Source of the DNA: Deltaproteobacteria bacterium
GTDB taxonomy: Bacteria; Desulfobacterota; Binatia; HRBIN30; JACQVA1
Length of the DNA: 64,000 nt
Reading direction: 5' to 3'
Assembly (NCBI GenBank): GCA_016178705.1
Contig: JACOST010000008.1
Location: 102,069-166,068, forward strand
Numbering within the stretch: position 1 is the stretch's first letter; each line of letters starts with the position of its first letter. A program made the position numbers and the translations under genes. Shown in pieces: positions 31,206 through 38,429 of the stretch. The notes beneath the pieces were generated by a model that was not told where the DNA came from, searched no databases, and saw only the letters and a program-made list of their open reading frames with translations.

Positions 31206-31289
31206 GCGAAAGTGGCGGAACTGGCAGACGCGCAGGATTCAGGATCCTGTGGGGTAAAACCCGTGGGGGTTCAAGTCCCCCCTTTCGCA
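31206..31289 (+). tRNA. tRNA-Leu (anticodon CAG), long variable arm
   Basis: Acceptor stem GCGAAAG/CTTTCGC, D-arm TGGCGGAACTGGCAGACGCG, anticodon stem-loop CAGGA-TTCAGGA-TCCTG (CAG at positions 34-36), long variable arm, T-arm GGGGGTTCAAGTCCCCC. No CCA encoded. Confidence 0.8.
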
Positions 31290-31488
31290 CTTCGTCCGTT
31301 GAGCGCTAACGCATTTGCCAGATCTACCTGACGCTGCGTTTGTTGCTGTTTCTCGCTACCACCCAGCAGGCCCACGACCCGCATCGCAGCGCTTCGCGAA
31401 GTAAGATGCGATAGCCGGAAGCTAACACTCCGGAACGAATAGAGGACCCCTTCCCTCCCCGAGCGCCTGTTCGGCGATCTAGGGAGCG

Positions 31489-31512
31489 TCGTCGCTGGCA
31501 TCCCACGACATG
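31489..31512. repeat. 24-bp exact direct repeat, copy 1 (copy 2 at 33946-33969)
   Basis: tcgtcgctggcatcccacgacatg occurs twice. On the minus strand it encodes MSWDASDD, which is the C-terminal end of the PPOX-like gene at copy 2. Confidence 0.8.
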
Positions 31513-31665
31513 CGCCGGCGCGCCAACTATCAGCGACACGATCACGGCCGCGCCGCGTCTGGCCATCATCTACCACGATCTCTCGTGACGGCATCCTCGA
31601 TACGGTCGGACAGGGAGCGATGCCGTTGCCGACACACACCCCGTTTGTGTTACCGCGCGATCACC

Positions 31666-32808
31666 CTATTGGCACGCGAACGTGCCGGTGACGACGACGT
31701 CACCGGTTTGCTCGTCCAGGTTGCCGAATGCGCTCACCTGCGACGAGCCGCTCAGTCCGTCCATCGGATTGCCCGCCATGATCTTACCGCAGTCGAGCGC
31801 CGACCCGGTGACCTTGGTCCGGCAGTGACTCGCGCCGCAGACCTGCCCGTCGGCGATGCTGGTGCCCTGGATATCGCTGGTGTTCAGGATTTGCGCCGTC
31901 GCCGTTCCGGTGGTGGTCGCCAGCAGGTTGGGCTTCCCTATGCCGACATCGTCGGCGGTACAGGGAATGCCGTCCGGCCCCTCTGGGGCGCCCGCCGTGT
32001 TGGGCGGCACGGTCTTGCACGTACCGCCGTCCGGCAACAGGCTGACCGACGTATTCGAGTTGATCACCGCCGAACCAGTCGGGCCGGAGCCGCTGAAGGT
32101 AGTCACCGGCATGGCGTTGCACGCCGGCTTGCTGCTGCATAGGCTAGGGTTGTGCGGATGCATATCCGAACCGTCTTCCGGCGTCCCGCTTGTGCAATTC
32201 GGATCGGGGTCGGGCGTGTCGCAGTGCGTGTCGTGGTCGATGCTGTAGAGGTAGTTCACATTCGCCAAGCCGGCGGAGCCGCAGCCGGCTTTGCCTTCGG
32301 CGGAGTTCATGCCGCCGAAGGCGGCCACCGGCACGCTGCGCACGCAGGCGCAGCCCACGCCGGACACCTTGACGGGATCGAACGTCATATCGGGCGCCGC
32401 GATGACGATCGGCACCTCCATCGCGGCGAAGGCAGGCGTCGATGACCCGGCGTAGAAAGTGGAATCCGTCCGTGGATGCCCAGTGGTGAGCGTTTGCTGG
32501 CCGGTGAGGCGGAGCTGGATCGCGAAGATGGCCGTCTGCACCTTGGAGACGGTATCGGGGCCGAACACGCACAAGCGGCGGTTTTCCACCGTGCAATTGG
32601 CCGCACAGCCGTCGCCGCCGATGGTATTGCCATCGTCGCATTCCTCGGAACCTTCCATCACGCCGTTGCCGCAGACAGCGCCTGTACTGGAGGGCGTGTT
32701 CGCCGGGGTAGCCGTCCCGCCTTCGTTATCACCGCCGCAGGCGGCGAGGAAGATCGCCATGCCGCCGGCCGCGAGGATCGCGCCGAACCACTGGTTCCGA
32801 GTCTTCAT
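31666..32808 (-). CDS. Secreted lipoprotein with myxobacterial-type cysteine-rich repeat
   Basis: Lipobox LAACGG. VCGNGVMEGSEECDDGNTIGGDGCAANCTVE matches the Myxococcus cysteine-rich repeat (CGDG...EECDDGN...DGC...C..E). The remainder is Gly/Thr/Cys-rich. Confidence 0.6.
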   Translation of the reverse strand: MKTRNQWFGAILAAGGMAIFLAACGGDNEGGTATPANTPSSTGAVCGNGVMEGSEECDDGNTIGGDGCAANCTVENRRLCVFGPDTVSKVQTAIFAIQLRLTGQQTLTTGHPRTDSTFYAGSSTPAFAAMEVPIVIAAPDMTFDPVKVSGVGCACVRSVPVAAFGGMNSAEGKAGCGSAGLANVNYLYSIDHDTHCDTPDPDPNCTSGTPEDGSDMHPHNPSLCSSKPACNAMPVTTFSGSGPTGSAVINSNTSVSLLPDGGTCKTVPPNTAGAPEGPDGIPCTADDVGIGKPNLLATTTGTATAQILNTSDIQGTSIADGQVCGASHCRTKVTGSALDCGKIMAGNPMDGLSGSSQVSAFGNLDEQTGDVVVTGTFACQ

Positions 32809-33183
32809 GTCATCCTCCTCAACTAGTGTACCCCGTGTCGATCTCGTGATGGCCAGGATCGAGCAGCGTGTTCAGCGACTGCGGAGTCGGCGACAGGGCA
32901 GCGGCGGGATCGATCGGAGCCGCCCGAGCCGGCAGCGCGGCACCGTGCAGTCACAGATCCCCGTCGAAGTATTTTTGGTACGTCTTACCGCGAATCCGCT
33001 CGCGGTTGATCGCGAACTGCCGCTGTGTGGCGACCGGATAGTACGTGACCCGGTTCTTCATGCTCCCTTCCGTGGGAACGGGTGTGCGCCAAGGTAGTGC
33101 GCATGCCACTCCGCGGTGAGGCGGGAGAACGTCGGCGCGGTGAGCTCGGCGGGGCGATGTCCAGCGGGCTGCCATCGTGGCGC

Positions 33184-33789
33184 TCAGAAGCGGAGCATGT
33201 CGACCGGGCCTGTGCCCTCGGGAAGCGGCGGTCGCGCCGTGAGTGTCTCGATCGGCTCGCCGGCCTCGTAGCGCGCGACGAGTTCCTCCGGATCAAAGAT
33301 CACGCCGATCGGATTGGCGGAGAACTCGCCGCTGCGCATCCAGGCGTCAATCGCCCGGGCGGAGGGCATGCTGTCGACCTGCAGCTCGACGCGGTTGCCG
33401 TCGGGATCCTTGTAGTACAGCGAGGTGGTCGGCCCGCGGTTGATGCACCAGTACGGCTCGATACCGGCTGCCTTGAGGCACCGGAAGGTGTGCAACAGAT
33501 CGCCGAGATCCGCGTAGCTGAACGCGATGTGATCGGTGCCAGCAGCCATCATTGGCTGCTCTTCGAGCCCAGGAATACTCGCGATGGCGATCCGATGGTG
33601 CTCGTCGTCGTAAGTGAGAAAGGCGAGTACGCCGTCGGAGTGCACCACCTCGGCGCCGAGGACAGTGCAATACCAACGTACCAACTCGTCGAAGCGCGCG
33701 GTACGACGCACGACGTGTGCAAGCTGGCGCGGCTTCACCACGCCGCGATTCACGGACAGCCGACGTTGGCGGTCTTCCCGAGTGCTCAT
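33184..33789 (-). CDS. VOC-family protein (glyoxalase/extradiol dioxygenase fold)
   Basis: MSTREDRQRRLSVNRGVVKPRQLAHVVRRTARFDELVRWYCTVLGAEVV... shows the typical VOC beta-alpha-beta-beta-beta module pattern. ATG at 33789; the track ORF from 33948 starts inside the 24-bp repeat. Confidence 0.55.
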   Translation of the reverse strand: MSTREDRQRRLSVNRGVVKPRQLAHVVRRTARFDELVRWYCTVLGAEVVHSDGVLAFLTYDDEHHRIAIASIPGLEEQPMMAAGTDHIAFSYADLGDLLHTFRCLKAAGIEPYWCINRGPTTSLYYKDPDGNRVELQVDSMPSARAIDAWMRSGEFSANPIGVIFDPEELVARYEAGEPIETLTARPPLPEGTGPVDMLRF

Positions 33790-33916
33790 GTGTTCTCCTG
33801 TCTCCTGCAGGTCCTTGGCCGTTCGTTGAAAACGTCCCTCTTGGATCGGGGCCGGACCAGAACGAGGAAATCTTCCTGCGTGGAAATCGCGCTCGTGCCG
33901 CGACCCCGTGCTCCGT

Positions 33917-34486
33917 TCAGGGGGAGGGACGTGCATCGTCGCTGGCATCCCACGACATGAGCGAGCTCACCCAGTGCGTGATCGGCTCCTCTTGGTCGTT
34001 GCGGTGGAGATGGCGCGGAGGCTGCGCGAACGTCTCATAGGGCTGGCAGCGGAGGACGACCCGGCCCTCCTGCTCCGCCATCGCTTGGACCATGGGGCGC
34101 GCGTGATCGGGAAGGGGCTGGCCCGACATACGACCGGCCACGGCCATCATGACGTCGACCACCAGCTCCGGATCGGTCTCGACGCGAGCGTCGCAATAGA
34201 CTTGAAGATAGGCGAAGGGCCAGCGCTCGTCGAGGATGCACAGGCTCACCTTGCCGTTGCGAGCGACCGCCTTCGCCTTGGCACGACCGCGCATGGTGGA
34301 AACGAGCAGCTCATCGCCGTCAGTCGGCACGTAATACACGATAGACATAGCTGGACCGTCCAGGCGACGGGCGTTGCCGAAGACGCAGGTGCGGTGGGTC
34401 CGGACGAAGGTCCGCCGCTCGGACGGTAGCATGTCGCGATCGGTTGGGGTCGTGAAGGGTTCAACGGGCCACGGTAGCAAGTGCAT
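33917..34486 (-). CDS. PPOX-class (pyridoxamine 5'-phosphate oxidase-like) probable F420-dependent oxidoreductase
   Basis: MHLLPWPVEPF...RTCVFGNARRLDGPAMSIVYYVPTDGDELLVSTMRGRAKAKAVARNGKVSLCILD fits the PPOX-class F420-dependent enzyme pattern. Divergently transcribed from the TetR gene. Confidence 0.55.
   Translation of the reverse strand: MHLLPWPVEPFTTPTDRDMLPSERRTFVRTHRTCVFGNARRLDGPAMSIVYYVPTDGDELLVSTMRGRAKAKAVARNGKVSLCILDERWPFAYLQVYCDARVETDPELVVDVMMAVAGRMSGQPLPDHARPMVQAMAEQEGRVVLRCQPYETFAQPPRHLHRNDQEEPITHWVSSLMSWDASDDARPSP
33946..33969. repeat. 24-bp exact direct repeat, copy 2
   Basis: Identical to 31489-31512. It overlaps the last 8 codons of the PPOX-like gene on the minus strand. Confidence 0.8.
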
Positions 34487-34509
34487 TTGGGGCTCTCCTT
34501 CGGAGCAGA

Positions 34510-35259
34510 TTGTATTATCGATCGATAATACTATATCGTAGCTCCGTGAGTTACACAAGCAAGGGCCGCCCCCGCGTTCGTCGCGATCGCAAGAACCTGC
34601 GCTCACAGTTGTTGGACGCAGCGCTCGTCGAATTCGGCGCGAAAGGATTCACCGGCGCATCGACGCGAGCCATCGCCCGGCGCGCCAACGCCCACCAGCC
34701 GCAGATCAACTACCACTTCGCCTCGAAGCGCGCGCTGTGGAACGCGGCGCTCGAGCACCTCTTCGCTCTGCTTGGCGACGCCATGGGCGGCGTCGTAGTG
34801 CCCCCGCGCACCGGCCGGAGGCACGACGTCCAGGCGCTTGCGGATGCGTTCGCCGAGGGTATCCGATGCTTCGTGCGGTTCGCGGCCGCGCACCCTGAGC
34901 TGAACCGGATCGTGGTGCACGAGGCGACGGCGGCGAGTGAGCGACTCCGTTGGATGACGAAGCGACACGTGCGGCCGTTCTACGAAACCGTCCGCGCGCT
35001 CTGGCGTCCGCTGCGCGCCGCCGGGATCGCGGCGCCCATCGACGAGAAGCTGGTGCACTACGTGCTCGTCGGTGCCGCCTCGCTACCCTACGTCAATGCT
35101 CCCGAGGCGCGGCTCCTCACCGGCGCCGAGCCAACCGATCCGGCCTGGGTTGAAGCGCACGCGGATGCCCTGGTGGCGACGTTGCTGCCCGGGCGGACCG
35201 AGAGGCCGCGAGCAGCGCGGCGGGAGGTTGCTTTCGCGAGACGCCGTCGGACCAAGTGA
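34510..35259 (+). CDS. TetR/AcrR-family transcriptional regulator
   Basis: N-terminal HTH ...RSQLLDAALVEFGAKGFTGASTRAIARRANAHQPQINYHFASKRALW. The start may be GTG 34546, downstream of the palindrome. Confidence 0.75.
   Translation: MYYRSIILYRSSVSYTSKGRPRVRRDRKNLRSQLLDAALVEFGAKGFTGASTRAIARRANAHQPQINYHFASKRALWNAALEHLFALLGDAMGGVVVPPRTGRRHDVQALADAFAEGIRCFVRFAAAHPELNRIVVHEATAASERLRWMTKRHVRPFYETVRALWRPLRAAGIAAPIDEKLVHYVLVGAASLPYVNAPEARLLTGAEPTDPAWVEAHADALVATLLPGRTERPRAARREVAFARRRRTK
34513..34530. promoter_or_regulatory. 18-bp perfect palindrome TATTATCGATCGATAATA in the divergent PPOX/TetR promoter region (probable TetR operator)
   Basis: Read directly from the sequence. It lies between minus-strand ATG 34486 and the TetR ORF, in an AT-rich context. 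Confidence 0.45.
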
Positions 35260-35317
35260 CGGAGAAGAACGGACGCTGACGGCAGCGTCTGCATTCTTTC
35301 ATGCTTAGCCCGCTGAC

Positions 35318-35362
35318 CCTGTGGGGCAAGACCCGTGGGGGGTTCAAGTCCCCCCTTTCGCA
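35318..35362. repeat. Direct repeat of the 3' end of tRNA-Leu(CAG) (45 nt, 3 differences): att-site-like island boundary
   Basis: cctgtggggcaagacccgtggggggttcaagtcccccctttcgca versus tRNA 31245-31289 cctgtggggtaaaacccgtgggggttcaagtcccccctttcgca. No matching 5' half upstream, so it is not a second tRNA. Confidence 0.7.
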
Positions 35363-35407
35363 TCTAAATTCCTGCTCGACAAATCTCGCCGAGTTGCGCG
35401 CCCGCCG

Positions 35408-35455
35408 CGGCATGGCCGCGTAGAGTCACTCAAGCCGCCTTCGCCGTGACGGACA
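35408..35455. repeat. 48-bp direct repeat, copy 1 (includes the last 8 codons + stop of the higA-like gene and 24 nt downstream)
   Basis: cggcatggccgcgtagagtcactcaagccgccttcgccgtgacggaca matches 36197-36245 with 2 mismatches. Confidence 0.75.
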
Positions 35456-35750
35456 ATCTAACGCGCGTCTTCTTCTGCAGGGTACGGACGATGCCGAAGA
35501 AATTTTCGGTGCTCGGATTTCCGTGCGGTGCCAGCATCCGATGGAGGCTCTTGCTCGGTTTGTTGACTGCCGCCGCGAGGGCCTCGAAGCCGACCGTCGC
35601 GTTAACCAAATCGCGCAAGATAGCCTTGCCAGTAGATGTGTCGCCGGCGAGATAGGCGTTGATCGCTTCGCTAAACAGCGCTTGACGGAATCGCGCATCG
35701 CGCTGGGCTCGTGCCAGGATGGTTTCCCTGAAATCTCGTGTGAGCGCCAT
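35430..35750 (-). CDS. higA: HigA-family addiction-module antidote protein (HTH)
   Basis: MALTRDFRETILARAQRDARFRQALFSEAINAYLAGD...FFGIVRTL matches the addiction-module antidote (HigA) family pattern. Immediately downstream of the killer gene. Confidence 0.65.
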   Translation of the reverse strand: MALTRDFRETILARAQRDARFRQALFSEAINAYLAGDTSTGKAILRDLVNATVGFEALAAAVNKPSKSLHRMLAPHGNPSTENFFGIVRTLQKKTRVRLSVTAKAA

Positions 35751-35768
35751 AATCTCCTCTCTGACAAT

Positions 35769-36122
35769 TCACGCCTTCCGGCGCCGGTAGTCGGCCCATC
35801 GCGCTCTTGCCGAGGCGATGGCTTCCTGCTGTCGTTGCTTGCTGCTCCCACCCAGCAAGATCACCAGGGCATCTCCATCTCTGCCGAAATAGACGCGGTA
35901 GCCAGGACCAAACTCGATCTTCCGTTCGAACACACCGGAGCCAACACCTTTCACGTTCGAAAAATTGCCAGCGGCCAGCTGATGGACAGCCGCAGCCACT
36001 TTGGCCGCCGCCGGCGCATTCAACGAGTCGAACCACCTCGCGTAGGCGGAACGGCCGTGGCCATCGAGGTATTCAACGAGCCGGATCGGCGCCACGCATG
36101 AAAGTAACATAAATGTTACCAT
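35769..36122 (-). CDS. higB: Addiction-module killer protein (RelE/HigB-like toxin)
   Basis: MVTFMLLSCVAPIRLVEYLDG...GNFSNVKGVGSGVFERKIEFGPGYRVYFGRDGDALVILLGGSSKQRQQEAIASA fits the putative addiction module killer family. ATG at 36122 sits within the inverted repeat GTAACAT-AA-ATGTTAC. Confidence 0.65.
   Translation of the reverse strand: MVTFMLLSCVAPIRLVEYLDGHGRSAYARWFDSLNAPAAAKVAAAVHQLAAGNFSNVKGVGSGVFERKIEFGPGYRVYFGRDGDALVILLGGSSKQRQQEAIASARARWADYRRRKA
36104..36119. promoter_or_regulatory. Inverted repeat GTAACAT-aa-ATGTTAC overlapping the higB-like start codon (candidate autoregulatory operator)
   Basis: Read directly from the sequence. TA operons are typically autorepressed at palindromes near the start. 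Confidence 0.3.
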
Positions 36123-36140
36123 TGTTGCAACCGCGGCATC

Positions 36141-36177
36141 GGCGGGCACCATCCATAGATCCGGCGGAGCCTCCTCG
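36141..36177. repeat. ~37-bp direct repeat, copy 1 (copy 2 at 37710-37748 immediately after the stop of the 36505-37710 gene)
   Basis: ggcgggcaccatccatagatccggcggagcctc versus ggcgggagccatccataaatcgggcggagcctc (4 mismatches). Confidence 0.65.
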
Positions 36178-36196
36178 AACCGGGCGGGATTTCGGC

Positions 36197-36245
36197 GGCA
36201 TGGCCGCGTCGAGTCGCTCAAGCCGCCTTCGCCGTGACGGACATG
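36197..36245. repeat. 48-bp direct repeat, copy 2 (orphan higA 3'-end remnant upstream of higB)
   Basis: The minus strand reads ...ATGTCCGTCACGGCGAAGGCGGCTTGA, i.e. SVTAKAA*, the same C-terminal codons as the higA-like gene. Confidence 0.75.
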
Positions 36246-36504
36246 CCGGAATCGCGACCGAGGCACATCGCGCATCTGGCTTGGGGCACTTCCCCCAGCA
36301 AACGTTGGAGAGCGTAGTGTCTGCCTTCGATCGCCAGTTCCTGTACCAAACTCCTCTTGGCCGGACTCTTGCGTTACATTCATTCGACGCCTCGAAGATG
36401 CGCAACAACATTCCCCTTAGTTCGTTGCCATCCAGGCAGGGGTGAATACGGCCAGGCACTCATCGCGGGGAAGTTCGGTATTTCAGCTCAGATCAAGGGG
36501 AGGA

Positions 36505-37710
36505 ATGAACGGTCACATGGAAAGGACAATGAAGGCGTCGCACGTCCTGCTCACGTCGAGAAGACTATCATTCTTGCCGATCTTTGGACTCGTGTTGGTC
36601 GCGTTGAATACGGGAGCTACGTTACAGGCACAATTCCCTGCTCGCGGAGACGATGTTACGCCGTCGCTCGGCCAATTTAATGTCGTCGTTGATCCCCACT
36701 TCGAGGCTGCAATCCAGAGCAATCCCGCGTATGGCCCGTTTCTCTCCAACAAGGGCGGTAACTTGAATTTCACCAGCCCGATCCTCTTTGATCCGACAAC
36801 AACGATCGGGCGAAGTGACCCGCTCAGCGCAGGTTCGGCTGAGGATATCGCCGGGGTGCTGTCGGGGACTTTGGCGCCGCGCCTGCTTCAAGACGGCCAA
36901 TTCACGGTGAGGCCCTCCTTTGCGGAGGGCCCCGACGGCACGCACGAGGTTCACACTTTCATCGAATCCCTCCACCTGATGGGAAATGGATTCGAAGTGA
37001 AGGCCGGAGACCAAGCTCCGCGGCGGCCAATCAGCGTGGGTGAGGTGGAGTCTCTGTCCGGCAACAGCGGGAATCCGATTCAGGACTTCCCGGCTAACAG
37101 CTTTTTCGATGTCTTCGTTGAGGTAGACGTTCCCGCTCTGGGGGGATTTCCGAGTGTCCAGTTGGTCAATGTCGATCCCCTCTTGGTTCAAAGCGACAGT
37201 ATCACCAGCTTCCCGCCAACCGTTCTCTATGTACACGGGAACTCTTCCGCCGTGCCGCTATACTTCTACGCGGACATACCTGTTTTCGGCGTTCATCGAG
37301 GGGACCTGTTCGGCCAACTGACTGTGGCCGGCCACGGGGTCGGCTTCACCGAGGCGGACGTGGCGGAGTTCGAAGCCAAGGAAATGGAATCCGAGCAGCA
37401 TCGTGGTCGTCTGCCGCTTCAGGCCAATCCAATCCCGCACGTGACCATTGTCGATGAGGTTTTGAACACTCCCACACCAACACCGACACCCACACCAACA
37501 GCGACCCCGACAACGACCCCTCCGCCCTGTATCGGCGATTGCGATGGCTCGCGCTCCGTGACCGTCGAGGAACTAATCATCGGGGTCAACATCGCGCTGG
37601 ACCAAGCACCGCTCAGCGGCTGCATGAACTTCGACAGCGACAACAGTCAGACGGTCACCGTCGAGGAACTGGTGCAGGCAGTCGGCAACGCGCTGGGCAA
37701 CTGCCCGTAG
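36505..37710 (+). CDS. Secreted protein with Pro/Thr linker and C-terminal dockerin-like tandem calcium-binding repeats
   Basis: Signal peptide MKASHVLLTSRRLSFLPIFGLVLVALNTGATLQA. Linker TPTPTPTPTPTATPTTTPPP. C-terminus CIGDCDGSRSVTVEELIIGVNIAL...CMNFDSDNSQTVTVEELVQAVGNAL has two DxDxS/N..VTVEEL repeats. The start is one of ATG 36505, 36517 or 36529. Confidence 0.5.
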   Translation: MNGHMERTMKASHVLLTSRRLSFLPIFGLVLVALNTGATLQAQFPARGDDVTPSLGQFNVVVDPHFEAAIQSNPAYGPFLSNKGGNLNFTSPILFDPTTTIGRSDPLSAGSAEDIAGVLSGTLAPRLLQDGQFTVRPSFAEGPDGTHEVHTFIESLHLMGNGFEVKAGDQAPRRPISVGEVESLSGNSGNPIQDFPANSFFDVFVEVDVPALGGFPSVQLVNVDPLLVQSDSITSFPPTVLYVHGNSSAVPLYFYADIPVFGVHRGDLFGQLTVAGHGVGFTEADVAEFEAKEMESEQHRGRLPLQANPIPHVTIVDEVLNTPTPTPTPTPTATPTTTPPPCIGDCDGSRSVTVEELIIGVNIALDQAPLSGCMNFDSDNSQTVTVEELVQAVGNALGNCP

Positions 37711-37748
37711 GCGGGAGCCATCCATAAATCGGGCGGAGCCTCGGCAAC
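37710..37748. repeat. ~37-bp direct repeat, copy 2
   Basis: See 36141-36177. Confidence 0.65.
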
Positions 37749-37822
37749 CCCGGCCTGAGGCTGGCCCGGGATGCCATCCGCGGTTACCTCGAATGCCCTG
37801 TGTATCAACGAGAAGAGAAAAG

Positions 37823-37895
37823 TGGAGCTGAACGGAATCGAACCGTCGACCTCCTGAATGCCATTCAGGCGCTCTCCCAACTGAGCTACAGCCCC
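37823..37895 (-). tRNA. tRNA-Ala (anticodon GGC) with the G3:U70 identity pair
   Basis: The reverse complement GGGGCTGTAGCTCAGTTGGGAGAGCGCCTGAATGGCATTCAGGAGGTCGACGGTTCGATTCCGTTCAGCTCCA folds as a canonical cloverleaf. The anticodon loop ATGGCAT gives GGC. Acceptor pair 3:70 is G:U. Confidence 0.8.
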
Positions 37896-37944
37896 ACAGG
37901 TGAGTGGACGCAAAAGTTGTAACCGAAACGCTACGGCAGGGCAA

Positions 37945-38007
37945 GGTTTTGGATTGCGGATTGGGGATTGCGGAGTGCGGAATGCAGAGTGCGGAATGCG
38001 GAATGCC
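37945..38007. repeat. Heptamer tandem array (GGATTGC/GGAATGC/GGAGTGC units, about 9 units)
   Basis: ggttttggattgcggattggggattgcggagtgcggaatgcagagtgcggaatgcggaatgcc. Confidence 0.8.
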
Positions 38008-38027
38008 ACCACGGTCCGCGCGAATGA

Positions 38028-38090
38028 GTCACGAACACGACTCACCAGTCACGAATCACGATTTCACGATCTCACGACCTCACGGTCCGC
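38028..38090. repeat. Heptamer tandem array (CACGAAT/CACGATT units, about 8 units)
   Basis: gtcacgaacacgactcaccagtcacgaatcacgatttcacgatctcacgacctcacgg. Confidence 0.75.
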
Positions 38091-38401
38091 GCAGACGGAT
38101 GTCGTCTTTGCCCTCCATCATCTCGGGCGTGACGATGTAGGTACCGCGGCAGGCGTTGTCCCAGATTTTCTGCGTGGCATCCGCATCGCCGAGGGTGACC
38201 GCGTACACCAGCACGCCGGTGACACCACCGATGATCGAGTAGACCAGCTTGAGCGGCAGGTAGACGATGTTGGTCAGCACCGCACCGGTGATCACGATCG
38301 GACGGTGTCCCTCGTCTTCTGCGTCTCGCCGTACCGCGTGAGCCGGCGCCACGAGCAGTGCGATCACGATGATTGCGATGAACGTTCGACTGCTCCCACG
38401 C
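38080..38401 (-). CDS. Small hypothetical membrane protein
   Basis: MRGSSRTFIAIIVIALLVAPAHA...IVITGAVLTNIVYLPLKLVYSIIGGVTGVLVYAVTL has two hydrophobic helices. The start is uncertain. Confidence 0.3.
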
Positions 38402-38429
38402 ATCCGCCACCTCCTCGTCCGCAGAATAC

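Noticed and set aside
31271-31639. Minus-strand ORF overlapping tRNA-Leu
   Set aside because: It overlaps a well-folded tRNA gene and contains the 24-bp repeat. It is a GC-driven spurious ORF.
37945-38090. Possible CRISPR array near tRNA-Ala
   Set aside because: The repeat period is 7 nt with no unique spacers and no cas genes. This is a microsatellite-type array, not CRISPR.
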